The notes beneath the pieces are model-generated. The model did not search any database. It had not been told where the DNA came from and saw only the letters and a list, made by a program, of their open reading frames with translations. DNA of 64,000 nucleotides from Candidatus Bathyarchaeota archaeon. GTDB taxonomy: Archaea; Thermoproteota; Bathyarchaeia; 40CM-2-53-6. A program made the translations under genes and the position numbers. The stretch is taken from the NCBI GenBank assembly GCA_963706285.1, contig CAVPLU010000013.1, positions 32,001 to 96,000 of the forward strand. Reading direction: 5' to 3'. Shown in pieces: positions 20,677-29,395 of the stretch; position 1 is the stretch's first letter; every line of letters begins with the position of its first letter.

Positions 20677-22894
20677 ATGCCCCGTTACAAGACAACAACA
20701 GAGATCATGAAGATCATCGAGAACAAGGACCAAATCCGAAAGGCGTAGGCTAAGGCCTCGCCCGGAATATATCGGAATCATAGCACACGTCGATCACGGC
20801 AAAACCACAATGAGCGACTCGCTCCTAGCGGCCGCTGGTCTCTTGTCCCCCAACGTTGCCGGGACAGCACTAGCACTAGACTACATGGAGGAAGAGCAGA
20901 AACGCCAAATGACGATAAAAGCAGCCAACGTGAGCCTGCTACACGAGCGCGAGGGAACCTCCTACGTCGTTAACCTCATCGATACACCGGGGCACGTGGA
21001 TTTCTCAGGCAGAGTAACCCGCTCGATTCGTGCTATTGATGGCGCCGTTGTTGTGGTGGACTCGGTTGAAGAGATTATGGTCCAGACCGAGACGGTTACC
21101 AGGCAAGCACTTGAGGACAGAGTCCGGCCAGTTCTCTACATAAACAAGATCGATCGACTGATCAAGGAACTTCGACTTTCTCCCGAGCAGATCCAGGAAA
21201 GAATCACGCGCATAATTGGTGAGTTCAATCGACTTGTGATCCTTTACGCCGAGCCCGAGTACCGTGAGAAGTGGGCCGTGAGCTTCGCGGGTAACACCGT
21301 CGCCATGGGGTCCGCGAAGGACAGATGGGGATTCAACGCAGAAGTCGCGAAGAACAAGGGCATCAAGTTCTCAGATGTCGTAGACGCCTACTTGAACGAC
21401 AAAGTCGACCAGTTACGCGAACGAGCGCCACTACATGAAGCCATATTGAACATGGCAGTTGAGGCGATGCCTCCCCCACATGTGGCACAGAAGTACCGGA
21501 TCCCGAAGATCTGGAAAGGCGATCTGGATAGCGAGATCGGCAAGGCAATGATGAACTGCGATGACAGCGGCCCTGCAGTCCTGGCGGTTGTGAATATTGT
21601 AGTTGATCCGCAAGCTGGGGTCGTCGCAGTAGGGCGTCTCTTTTCAGGCACGCTCAAAGAGGGAACCCCAATTCACCTCGTTGGTGCGCGACTGGACCAG
21701 AGAATTCAACAAGTCTGCATATTCATGGGGCCATACAGAGAGATTGTTGGCACGATCACCGCGGGCAACATACCCGCTCTTCTTGGACTTGACGCCGCTA
21801 GGGCAGGAGAGACGCTCTCGCAGCAAAAGGACATTATACCTTTCGAGGCGGTCAAGTATGTCACCGAACCAGTTGTAACAATGGCTGTCGAACCAAAGTA
21901 CAGTCGAGACCTACCACGATTGATCGAGACATTAAGAAGACTGACGATCGAAGATCCTAACCTTGTCACCAAGATCAATGAGGAGACGGGCGAGTATCTA
22001 ATATCCGGTATGGGCACGCTACACTTGGAGATCGCAAATACGCTGATAACGAAGACGGGACTCGAGATTGTCACGTCTAATCCGATTGTGATCTACCGAG
22101 AGACCGTGCGCAGCTCAGCGGGACCACTCGAGGGCAAGTCACCAAATAGGCACAACAAGATCCAGATCCAAGTTGAACCCCTTGGTGAAGAAATAATCGA
22201 CATGATCAAGAAAGGCGATATCAGCGAATACATGGACAAACACGCCTTGGCAAAGGTGCTTAGGGACAAGGGATGGCCGCCGGATGAGGCACGCGGCGTA
22301 TGGGACGTCGAAGCGTCAGGAAACATGCTCATTGAAGTCACAAAGGGAGCGCAATATCTGCAAGAGATCAAGGACCATATCCTCCATGGCTACCGTCAAG
22401 CCCTCAGAGAGGGGCCCCTCGCGTACGAGAACATACGAGGTATCAAGGTCAAGGTAACTGATATCTCAGTACACGAAGACCCAGTCCACCGTGGACCAGC
22501 GCAGATCATGCCGATGACCCAGAGATCCATCTTCGCATGTTTCATGTCAGCAAACCCAACGCTCCTCGAACCTGTCCAGAAGATCACTGTGAAGGCACCG
22601 CCGGATCTACTGGGAGCGATTACGAGCGTCATTTCTCAGAAACGTGGAAAGGTCCTCGCTGTGGATCAGAAGGGTCACCTCGTCTACGTTGTCGGCGAGT
22701 TTCCAACATCGGAGACCTTCGACTTGTCAGAAGTCATGCGTGGCGCGTCAGCCGGCAGAGCTTTTTGGGGTTTGGAGTTCTCTCACTGGGCATCGGTGCC
22801 GGGGTCGCTGATTAACCAAGTGATCGCGGACATCAGAAAGAGGAAAGGTCTGCCCCCTGAACCTCACAAGGCAGCGGACTTTCTGGAAGCCTAA
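20677..22894 (+). CDS. fusA: Elongation factor 2; exon 1 20677-20740, exon 2 20769-22894
   Basis: Spliced N-terminus [43 protein letters not shown], NKID, diphthamide loop HEDPVHRGPAQI; GGAG upstream of ATG. Confidence 0.96.
20741..20768 (+). other. Bulge-helix-bulge mRNA intron (28 nt) in the EF-2 gene
   Basis: UCCG-AA^A-GGCG(U)AGGC-UAAG-GCCU-CGCC-CGGA-AU^A; removal restores the frame and the conserved RNIG. Confidence 0.88.
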
Positions 22895-23010
22895 GCTAAC
22901 CTATTGGCTTCACCTGGCGTCGGATTCCATTGCAGGGAGGAGAGACTCAGCAGCTGTTTTGCTGCTTTAAGTCAGCCTGTCCGAGCCTGCGTGCAAATCG
23001 CCCGAAGCGC

Positions 23011-24501
23011 TTAGAGCAGGGGCTTTAGGTACGGTCGAGTGTCGAGCTTTGAAAAATGTGACAGTTTGATACTCGCTCCGTCCTTTGCGACCGAACGCAA
23101 ATAATTCCCTGCACGTTTGTCGGTCCACCAACTAATTCCGAACAGGCTTTCCAGTTTGCGGTCTAGTTCGGCAGCCCGAACTGCTGCAACCATGTAGCTT
23201 GGCGAGTAGAGATCGAAGTCCGGCATTACGTGATGTAACTGCCAGTATTTGCCTGGGACGCGTATGCCCATGAATTCCTGTGTGTACTGCTCGTAGCGCT
23301 CGTTTGCTTGATCCATCGACAAATTCTCTTCCCAGAATTCGATTTTCATGAGCGAGTTAGCCGCATAGAATGCGAGGAAGTACAGCTCCATGAATCTTGT
23401 ACGTTCTACAGCGTCTTCGGCTACTTCTTTGGGCACCTTGAACTGTTTGGTCAGGAAAGCGCTCTTCTTCATGAGGCGCTCAAGAAGGGTTGAGAATATC
23501 TCTGCCACGCCGTTCGGGATTGTGTACTTATCCCAATAGGGGGCGTTCTCCGCGATCGCGATAAAGTGCATCCCGTGCCCATGCTCATGGAATGAGCTCT
23601 CCATGTCCGTGAACGGCTTCACTGGACGTACAAGTAGTCGCACATCGTTCGGAATCTGAATCCCGAAACATATCGGAGAGGTGTGCTTCCCGGGCCGCTC
23701 GTCAGCGTCTGTCTGTAACCTCTTTACTGCGAAGCCGAGTTTCGTGAGTACGCGTTCCGGTTCCGTGACGGGACTGTAAGTCTTAAAAGCGGAATCGAGA
23801 GGCTCGAAGATCTTCCCGCGGAAATAGTACATGTCATCATAGTATTCAGCAGGTCTATTGTTCAATTCCTGCGAGTACTGTTCAAGTAGCTCGGTAAACG
23901 GCTTCTTTGCTGCACGACCTAGTGTCTTCACGAGATCTTTGAGCTGATGGAGGGAGATGCCTTCAAGTTGCAGATACAGTTCGAGCGGCGACGTACCGTA
24001 TTCGCGTTCAACATCCCTCGACTTGTCAAACATTCCTCTAATCGTAGGTGTGACCAGATCCACCTTACTGAGAAACTCGTCGAAGATCGCTTTCCGATCC
24101 GAGGATGATTTGGCCTGGGAATTGAACTGGCGCCAGCTGTTCCACGTAACTGGTCTACCATTCACTTCATATGCTTTCGATGCGAGTTCCTGCTCGCGCT
24201 TTCGGTAGAGTTCCAGTTTCAGCGGCGTCTTGGATGCATCTGCCACATCGAAGACTTTGCCGAGAAAAAGTCGTCTTGGTTCTTTGAACTCTGAGAGGAA
24301 CTCCTTGGCATGACTGATTCGTTTCTCGGACACTGCCTTCATGAAGGGCTCGCTATAACTGAAGCCGCTGTACTGGCGCCATTCCTCATTAGCGTATGCG
24401 ATGCATAGTGCCTCGTCAACTGTGCACCAGCTCGATAGATTCATAATCCAACCCAAGATGCTTACCAAAGAAAACGCTTTTGGCACTCGCCCTTCGGCCA
24501 T
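23011..24501 (-). CDS. M3/M2-like zinc metallopeptidase
   Basis: FHEHGH motif, downstream AEIFS, PGK motif; start probably at MNLSSW. Confidence 0.75.
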   Translation of the reverse strand: MAEGRVPKAFSLVSILGWIMNLSSWCTVDEALCIAYANEEWRQYSGFSYSEPFMKAVSEKRISHAKEFLSEFKEPRRLFLGKVFDVADASKTPLKLELYRKREQELASKAYEVNGRPVTWNSWRQFNSQAKSSSDRKAIFDEFLSKVDLVTPTIRGMFDKSRDVEREYGTSPLELYLQLEGISLHQLKDLVKTLGRAAKKPFTELLEQYSQELNNRPAEYYDDMYYFRGKIFEPLDSAFKTYSPVTEPERVLTKLGFAVKRLQTDADERPGKHTSPICFGIQIPNDVRLLVRPVKPFTDMESSFHEHGHGMHFIAIAENAPYWDKYTIPNGVAEIFSTLLERLMKKSAFLTKQFKVPKEVAEDAVERTRFMELYFLAFYAANSLMKIEFWEENLSMDQANERYEQYTQEFMGIRVPGKYWQLHHVMPDFDLYSPSYMVAAVRAAELDRKLESLFGISWWTDKRAGNYLRSVAKDGASIKLSHFSKLDTRPYLKPLL

Positions 24502-24526
24502 GTAAGTGACCTTCGTGCCTACATTG

Positions 24527-24534
24527 TTTTATGA
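24527..24534 (+). promoter_or_regulatory. Probable TATA box of the tRNA-Gly transcript
   Basis: TTTTATGA, placing the start near 24555-24558. Confidence 0.45.
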
Positions 24535-24583
24535 CTGACCTCGACAGTTGTTTAGGTGCGGTCGGAAGGGCCGGATCAGGAGT

Positions 24584-24728
24584 GCGTGAGGACGAGCACC
24601 TCCACTAGGCCGTGGTCCAGAACCACTACAACACGGTGGACAACCTGGTCTAAGACGGAGACGAGCACCGGTCTCGCCGCAGGCTTCCCAAGCCCCAAAC
24701 CCGGGTCCAAATCCCGGCGGCCGCACCA
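24584..24728 (+). tRNA. tRNA-Gly(CCC) with three BHB introns: 3/4 (24587-24608), 15/16 (24621-24643), 29/30 (24661-24682)
   Basis: Spliced GCGGCCG-TG-GTCC-AGCCTGGTCTA-AGAC-G-GAGGC-TTCCCAA-GCCCC-AAAC-CCGGG-TCCAAAT-CCCGG-CGGCCGC-ACCA; each intron folds as a BHB. Confidence 0.88.
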
Positions 24729-25069
24729 ATTAGAATTCTCGCTCGCTTGGTACCTCTCCCCCAATTGAGCGGTTCGGATGTGAATTGGCTAGTGCTCTCA
24801 AAAGGCTTCTAGGTGTCTGTTGCCTCCATTTGGAAGCTGGAAAGAAGCAGTTCAAAACAGGAATAACGAATTCGCAACAAATGGCACTGTTACCTAGGAG
24901 CGGTGAAGGGTCAAGAAAAACGCCATGACCCACTGATATTCGCTTGCTATTTGGTCCTCGAAAAAAAAGTGGCGAGCGAGTTGGGGGTCGAGTCGAGATC
25001 TGAAGTCATTAGGCCGAGAATTTGGACCTTCGAGCGTTGTGTGGTAACCATAGGCTCGAGATCTTCGAG

Positions 25070-25678
25070 CTACTTGGGCACAACAATCGTTCTTGCGAAT
25101 CTGTCGCTATACTTTTTTCTATAGTCTGTCTCAGTTGCGAGACCGAAGATAAGGTCTAGCAAGAGAAGGCCCCAATGGATCTTGCTTATGTTTCTGATCA
25201 AAGCTTTTTCCATTGTCAGCGTTTGTCCGTCATCAGTTGTGACTTTGAAACCCATGATCGACTTGCCCAACGTGTGACCGTATTGGTACTCTGTGAAGGC
25301 AAAGTAGAGCACGGAGATGATTCCCCAAAGTATAGGAAACGGACCAAAACCAACCCATGAGAAAGGCGAATTGAACTGATATCCAAAGCCATACGCAAAG
25401 AGCATTGGAAGCATTGCAATAGAAGCTAATATTCCAGCAGCCACCGACAGCATGACGGCGTCGATAACAAAAGCCAGAAGCCGTCGGCCCCAGTACTGCT
25501 GAGCCATCTGATCCTTAGTTAGCGTATCTAGACCGCTCTTTGAAGGAAAAGAAAACGGCGTGGCATCAGGTTTCGTCGTATTCTCTACAGCCGCCTTGCC
25601 AGGAACTCGAGCTCCACAATAAGGACATATCAAGGCGTCGTCCGGTATTTGCTTACCGCATTGAACACAGTAAAGCAT
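25070..25678 (-). CDS. RDD-family membrane protein with N-terminal Zn ribbon
   Basis: YCVQCG...CPYCG; RRLLAFVID, TLGKSIMG, DRFART. Confidence 0.88.
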   Translation of the reverse strand: MLYCVQCGKQIPDDALICPYCGARVPGKAAVENTTKPDATPFSFPSKSGLDTLTKDQMAQQYWGRRLLAFVIDAVMLSVAAGILASIAMLPMLFAYGFGYQFNSPFSWVGFGPFPILWGIISVLYFAFTEYQYGHTLGKSIMGFKVTTDDGQTLTMEKALIRNISKIHWGLLLLDLIFGLATETDYRKKYSDRFARTIVVPK

Positions 25679-26087
25679 GAGAACGCCAACACTGCATGCA
25701 GCATCATTTGGCCTAAAAGACTTTTACCTCGTTGGCGAAAATTTGAACGAAGTCTGAACCACAGCACGAATCTCATAGATGGAACGTCTGGCCAAAGCAT
25801 GACTCACAGATGGATTGACAACCTCTCAATGCCAATAGCATGCACCGTGCGCTCCCCAGCCTAACCATCACAAGCCATGGCTTCCTCACGCACACCGCAG
25901 ACTGCAATTGAGGGATCTGGCTATCTGATTTCCTGTGCTTTCATAGCCGATACTATCTTCAGGCTTTCATGAAATAATACCAAGGATGCCCATTGAATTG
26001 CCTCGAATTTTACGGAGTACTGATAATTCTGTTTTGGATAGCTTGACCTAAGGTGATTCAAAGAATTGCAGGCAGAGGAAGAGAGTG

Positions 26088-27731
26088 TCAGCCCTGTCGT
26101 ACGACGTGAACGTGCTTGCCTCTTGGAATGGCCAAGAATGATATGGCGCTCGCCACTCCAACGAGCACTACGACAAGAAACACAACAGGCCATATCTGGG
26201 AAGTGCCACTCCGAACTACCAGAGTGATGTTCGTTGTTCTTTCGGCAATTCCTGTCCCTGCCACAATGGCTACGTTGTACGTTCCTGGAACAGCTTTAGT
26301 TGAAACGACGAATGTGACAACTACTTGGACGGGAGAGTCGCTCTGTACAGTAATCGTATTAGTGCTGAGAGATGCTGACACTCCAGGAGGCAATTGTGTT
26401 ATCGACAATTGGATCGTCGCCCTAAATCCGCCCTGAGGCTGAACCGTAACCGTCACCGCATGCGTGCTTCCGCTTGGAGTCATGTTCACCAACTGCTCAG
26501 AAGTAGTCAGTGAATAGTCGCCTTGTGGCCGAACGTATATCGATGCGTTCGTATACTTCGTTATGCCGAAAGTCGTCGCCGATATGGTTATCGGGTAAAT
26601 CCCAGAGGGCAAAGTGGAAGGCGCGTTGAATACCAAATCAGTGGTGGCCGGTTGGCCACCGCTTGGCGTTACAACATCGTTCTGCAAATTAGCAACAACT
26701 CCAGGTGGCACACCTTGAACGCTAAGAGAAATGGGCGGAACTATTCCCCTGCTTAGTGTGTTGACGATTATCTGCATCTTCTGATCCTGCCCTCCGATGT
26801 AGACGTTCAAAATCGATGGGTTGGCTGAGATTGTAAGGTAAGGAGGCACTACGATTGTTAGTATCGCGACCTTGAACAAACCCGCCACGTTGTAACTTGA
26901 GTAGTATGTGGGAATGAAGGCGGTTACAACAACAGCAAATTGGTACGTGCCGCTCTTCACCAAGAATTCGGGCGTCATCAGAAGAGTTGCCGAGAAAGTC
27001 GCGGGGGCGCCTCCACTACTCATTTGTGCACTCTGAGGATTGAACGAAGCTGACAGCCCAGTTGGAACATCATACAATTGCGGGGTCACACTCATGACAT
27101 CCCCGCTTCGAAGATTCCGTGCAGTCACAGTGACAGTAAGTTGACTAGTCGTCGACTGGGATATTCCACCCGGCAACAATATAGAGCCTGGGTTAAGACT
27201 AACGCTTACGTCAAGCGAATCGGTCGCATATGCGAGCACATCCACATTCACTGGAACCGTCTTCGTTATGCTCCCGCTCACCCCAACAACATTGAAGCTG
27301 AAAGTTGCCCCGTATGGGTAGTAGTAGTACCCATAGTAGTAGGGATACTGCTGATATCCCGTGTTGTAGTTCGGATAGTAGTATCCCGACGTTGTCGAAA
27401 TTGATACAGTCAGAACAGAATATGCGTCGAGATTAGGCGCTAGGACGAGAGTAGTGGGTTGAAAGGAGTATGACGCTTGAAAATCCGTTACACTTGGAAG
27501 ACCACCGACACTAAGTGTCACTGTTCCGCTGAATCCGTTGATCGAGGTCACTCGGATGGAATATCTGGCTATTCCATCAGTGCCGATTGTTGCTCGAGGA
27601 GGAGAAACCGTGACTACGAAATCGCCTCCCTGTGCCTGTGCTTGAACGCTACCGATTTGGACAGCTACCGACAAGATGATGCCCAGAAGCATCAGTAACA
27701 GAACACTGGACTTTGCATTTCTCATTTTCAT
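26088..27731 (-). CDS. Secreted, membrane-anchored surface protein with Ig-like repeats
   Basis: Signal peptide, repeated DF...GF.G.V.LSV.GLP...A.F modules, C-terminal TM. Confidence 0.8.
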   Translation of the reverse strand: MKMRNAKSSVLLLMLLGIILSVAVQIGSVQAQAQGGDFVVTVSPPRATIGTDGIARYSIRVTSINGFSGTVTLSVGGLPSVTDFQASYSFQPTTLVLAPNLDAYSVLTVSISTTSGYYYPNYNTGYQQYPYYYGYYYYPYGATFSFNVVGVSGSITKTVPVNVDVLAYATDSLDVSVSLNPGSILLPGGISQSTTSQLTVTVTARNLRSGDVMSVTPQLYDVPTGLSASFNPQSAQMSSGGAPATFSATLLMTPEFLVKSGTYQFAVVVTAFIPTYYSSYNVAGLFKVAILTIVVPPYLTISANPSILNVYIGGQDQKMQIIVNTLSRGIVPPISLSVQGVPPGVVANLQNDVVTPSGGQPATTDLVFNAPSTLPSGIYPITISATTFGITKYTNASIYVRPQGDYSLTTSEQLVNMTPSGSTHAVTVTVQPQGGFRATIQLSITQLPPGVSASLSTNTITVQSDSPVQVVVTFVVSTKAVPGTYNVAIVAGTGIAERTTNITLVVRSGTSQIWPVVFLVVVLVGVASAISFLAIPRGKHVHVVRQG

Positions 27732-27737
27732 TCTCTT

Positions 27738-28451
27738 TCATCTCCAGACGTAATCGCGTTCCCTATCAGCACCACATTTCATGCATATTCCATCGTTTGG
27801 ACCAAGAACAGCTCCGCAATGCCAGCAGAACGGGCGCAGGAAAGCTACTGGTCTCTGGACCGTAACAACTGAGGTGCCAGGTCGTGGGACTTCAACGGTT
27901 GTTATTCGGGTGTCAGTAGATTCGGGGGTAATTACTTCCTGCGTGACGTATTTCGCGTACCTTCTTACTGAAGTTCCGTATCGCGACAAGTAGGCTAAGG
28001 TGACTGCTCCTCCGCCGATTCCGAAAATAAGAAGCCAAGCTACGACACCATACAGTGTAGATGTAAAGTCTATTCCTGGCAGGTTCGCGTTCAAATATGC
28101 TGCCAACGCGATTCCGATGGTTGACCAGAGAATCAGGATTGCAGAGAGTCTCTTCGCAGCAAAGAGGCTCCATGCTGCTCCGCTGGTAAGGCCTGTGGCG
28201 GCAACAAACATGGCTGCTCCTATTGCAGCCAATGGGATGCCTTCGACATAGAGCAGGGTCTGCAAATCGAAAAGAGTCTCAAAGAATCCCTGGTTGATCA
28301 CCAAGATGCCCAAAGCTACACCGGATAGGCCGCCTACCCAATACAGTACGTTAACTATTTGCACACCAACGGGAGTATAGACTTCTACAAAGCTTTCCCC
28401 TTTCTTCCCTGCAGTGGAACGGGAAATCTGAGTCTCGGTCACAGTGCTCAT
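27738..28451 (-). CDS. Membrane protein with C-terminal Zn ribbon
   Basis: About four hydrophobic segments, FCWHCG...CMKCG. Confidence 0.75.
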   Translation of the reverse strand: MSTVTETQISRSTAGKKGESFVEVYTPVGVQIVNVLYWVGGLSGVALGILVINQGFFETLFDLQTLLYVEGIPLAAIGAAMFVAATGLTSGAAWSLFAAKRLSAILILWSTIGIALAAYLNANLPGIDFTSTLYGVVAWLLIFGIGGGAVTLAYLSRYGTSVRRYAKYVTQEVITPESTDTRITTVEVPRPGTSVVTVQRPVAFLRPFCWHCGAVLGPNDGICMKCGADRERDYVWR

Positions 28452-28653
28452 GACATCTCAAGCCTCGGTCACAGTGAACGTTGTATGTGAACCATTTTTC
28501 GCCGCTAATATGAGTATTCCCCATTACGAGCACGCACCTACATGGTCTTGTATACTCTCACATGGATGAACACTGTCGATCAACTTATATGGACGAAGGG
28601 CAAGCTCACCTGCAAGTTCTCACGTGTAAAGATCCCTCAAAGAAGATGGGCCT

Positions 28654-29158
28654 ATGACCACTGAAGCGGAGAAACTTATCAGAACAAAACACACGAACAA
28701 GATGCCCAATAAGGAACTCGAGGATCACATAGCACAATTCCTGAAAAACCAGAACATGTGCGTACTGGCTACGTGCAAAGACAACATCCCCCGCGCTACG
28801 CCAGTAGAGTACTATTCTCATGGCACAACACTTGTACGTAATGCCAACGGAAGGTCAAAAGATGGAGAACATTAGACACAACCGCATCGTCAGTGTAGCT
28901 GTTTTTGCCCCCTACGTCAACTGGCTGAGCGTGAAGGGAGTCCAGATTAGCGGCGAGGCAACCCTCCTCACGCAGGAATCAAAGGAGTTCAAAGAGGCAC
29001 TAACGGTATACAAGTGGGAGAAATCAGCGAAAGAGCTAGGAATATCCAACATTCCCAAGACCTTCAAGCTGTTGAAGATTGTCCCTCATGCAATTGAGAT
29101 ACTCGACATATCATTGAAGAATAAGGGATACGCGCCGAGACAGATGTGGTCCCCGTAG
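28654..29158 (+). CDS. Pyridoxamine 5'-phosphate oxidase-like protein (apparent +1 frameshift ~28830)
   Basis: CVLAT...PRATPVEY then KMENIRHN.VSV...GVQISG in the next frame. Confidence 0.8.
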
Positions 29159-29395
29159 AGCAAAGCCAACATGGCATACTAGACGAATCCCGGTAGGAAT
29201 CCAGTCTACAGTGGAGTGTACGACGGGTCACGGGTTTCGTGTCTTTCAGGACCATGAGAATTGAGCCGTGGCCATTGTGGATTTGAAAGAAATATGTCAC
29301 CGTAGAGAGTCATACGTGCATCAGTGTTTGGCGACGGGTACGCATACGTGCATTATGCAACGAGCAATTTTGGCGAGTTACACGCTCAATATAGC

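Noticed and set aside
20742-20750. EF-2 intron shares GGCGTAGGC with the tRNA-Leu variable arm
   Set aside because: A 9-nt GC-rich match is too short to argue common origin.
20810-22894. Called ORF as a truncated or paralogous EF-2
   Set aside because: The missing N-terminus is present upstream across the intron, and the diphthamide loop is canonical.
24558-24612. Alternative tRNA-Gly start at GCGGTCG with an intron at 7/8
   Set aside because: No BHB forms at those junctions, whereas the 3/4 model gives a full BHB and a perfect acceptor stem.
28433-28476. 13-bp direct repeat CTCGGTCACAGTG at a gene start
   Set aside because: Only two copies; not a CRISPR array and no further support for a function.
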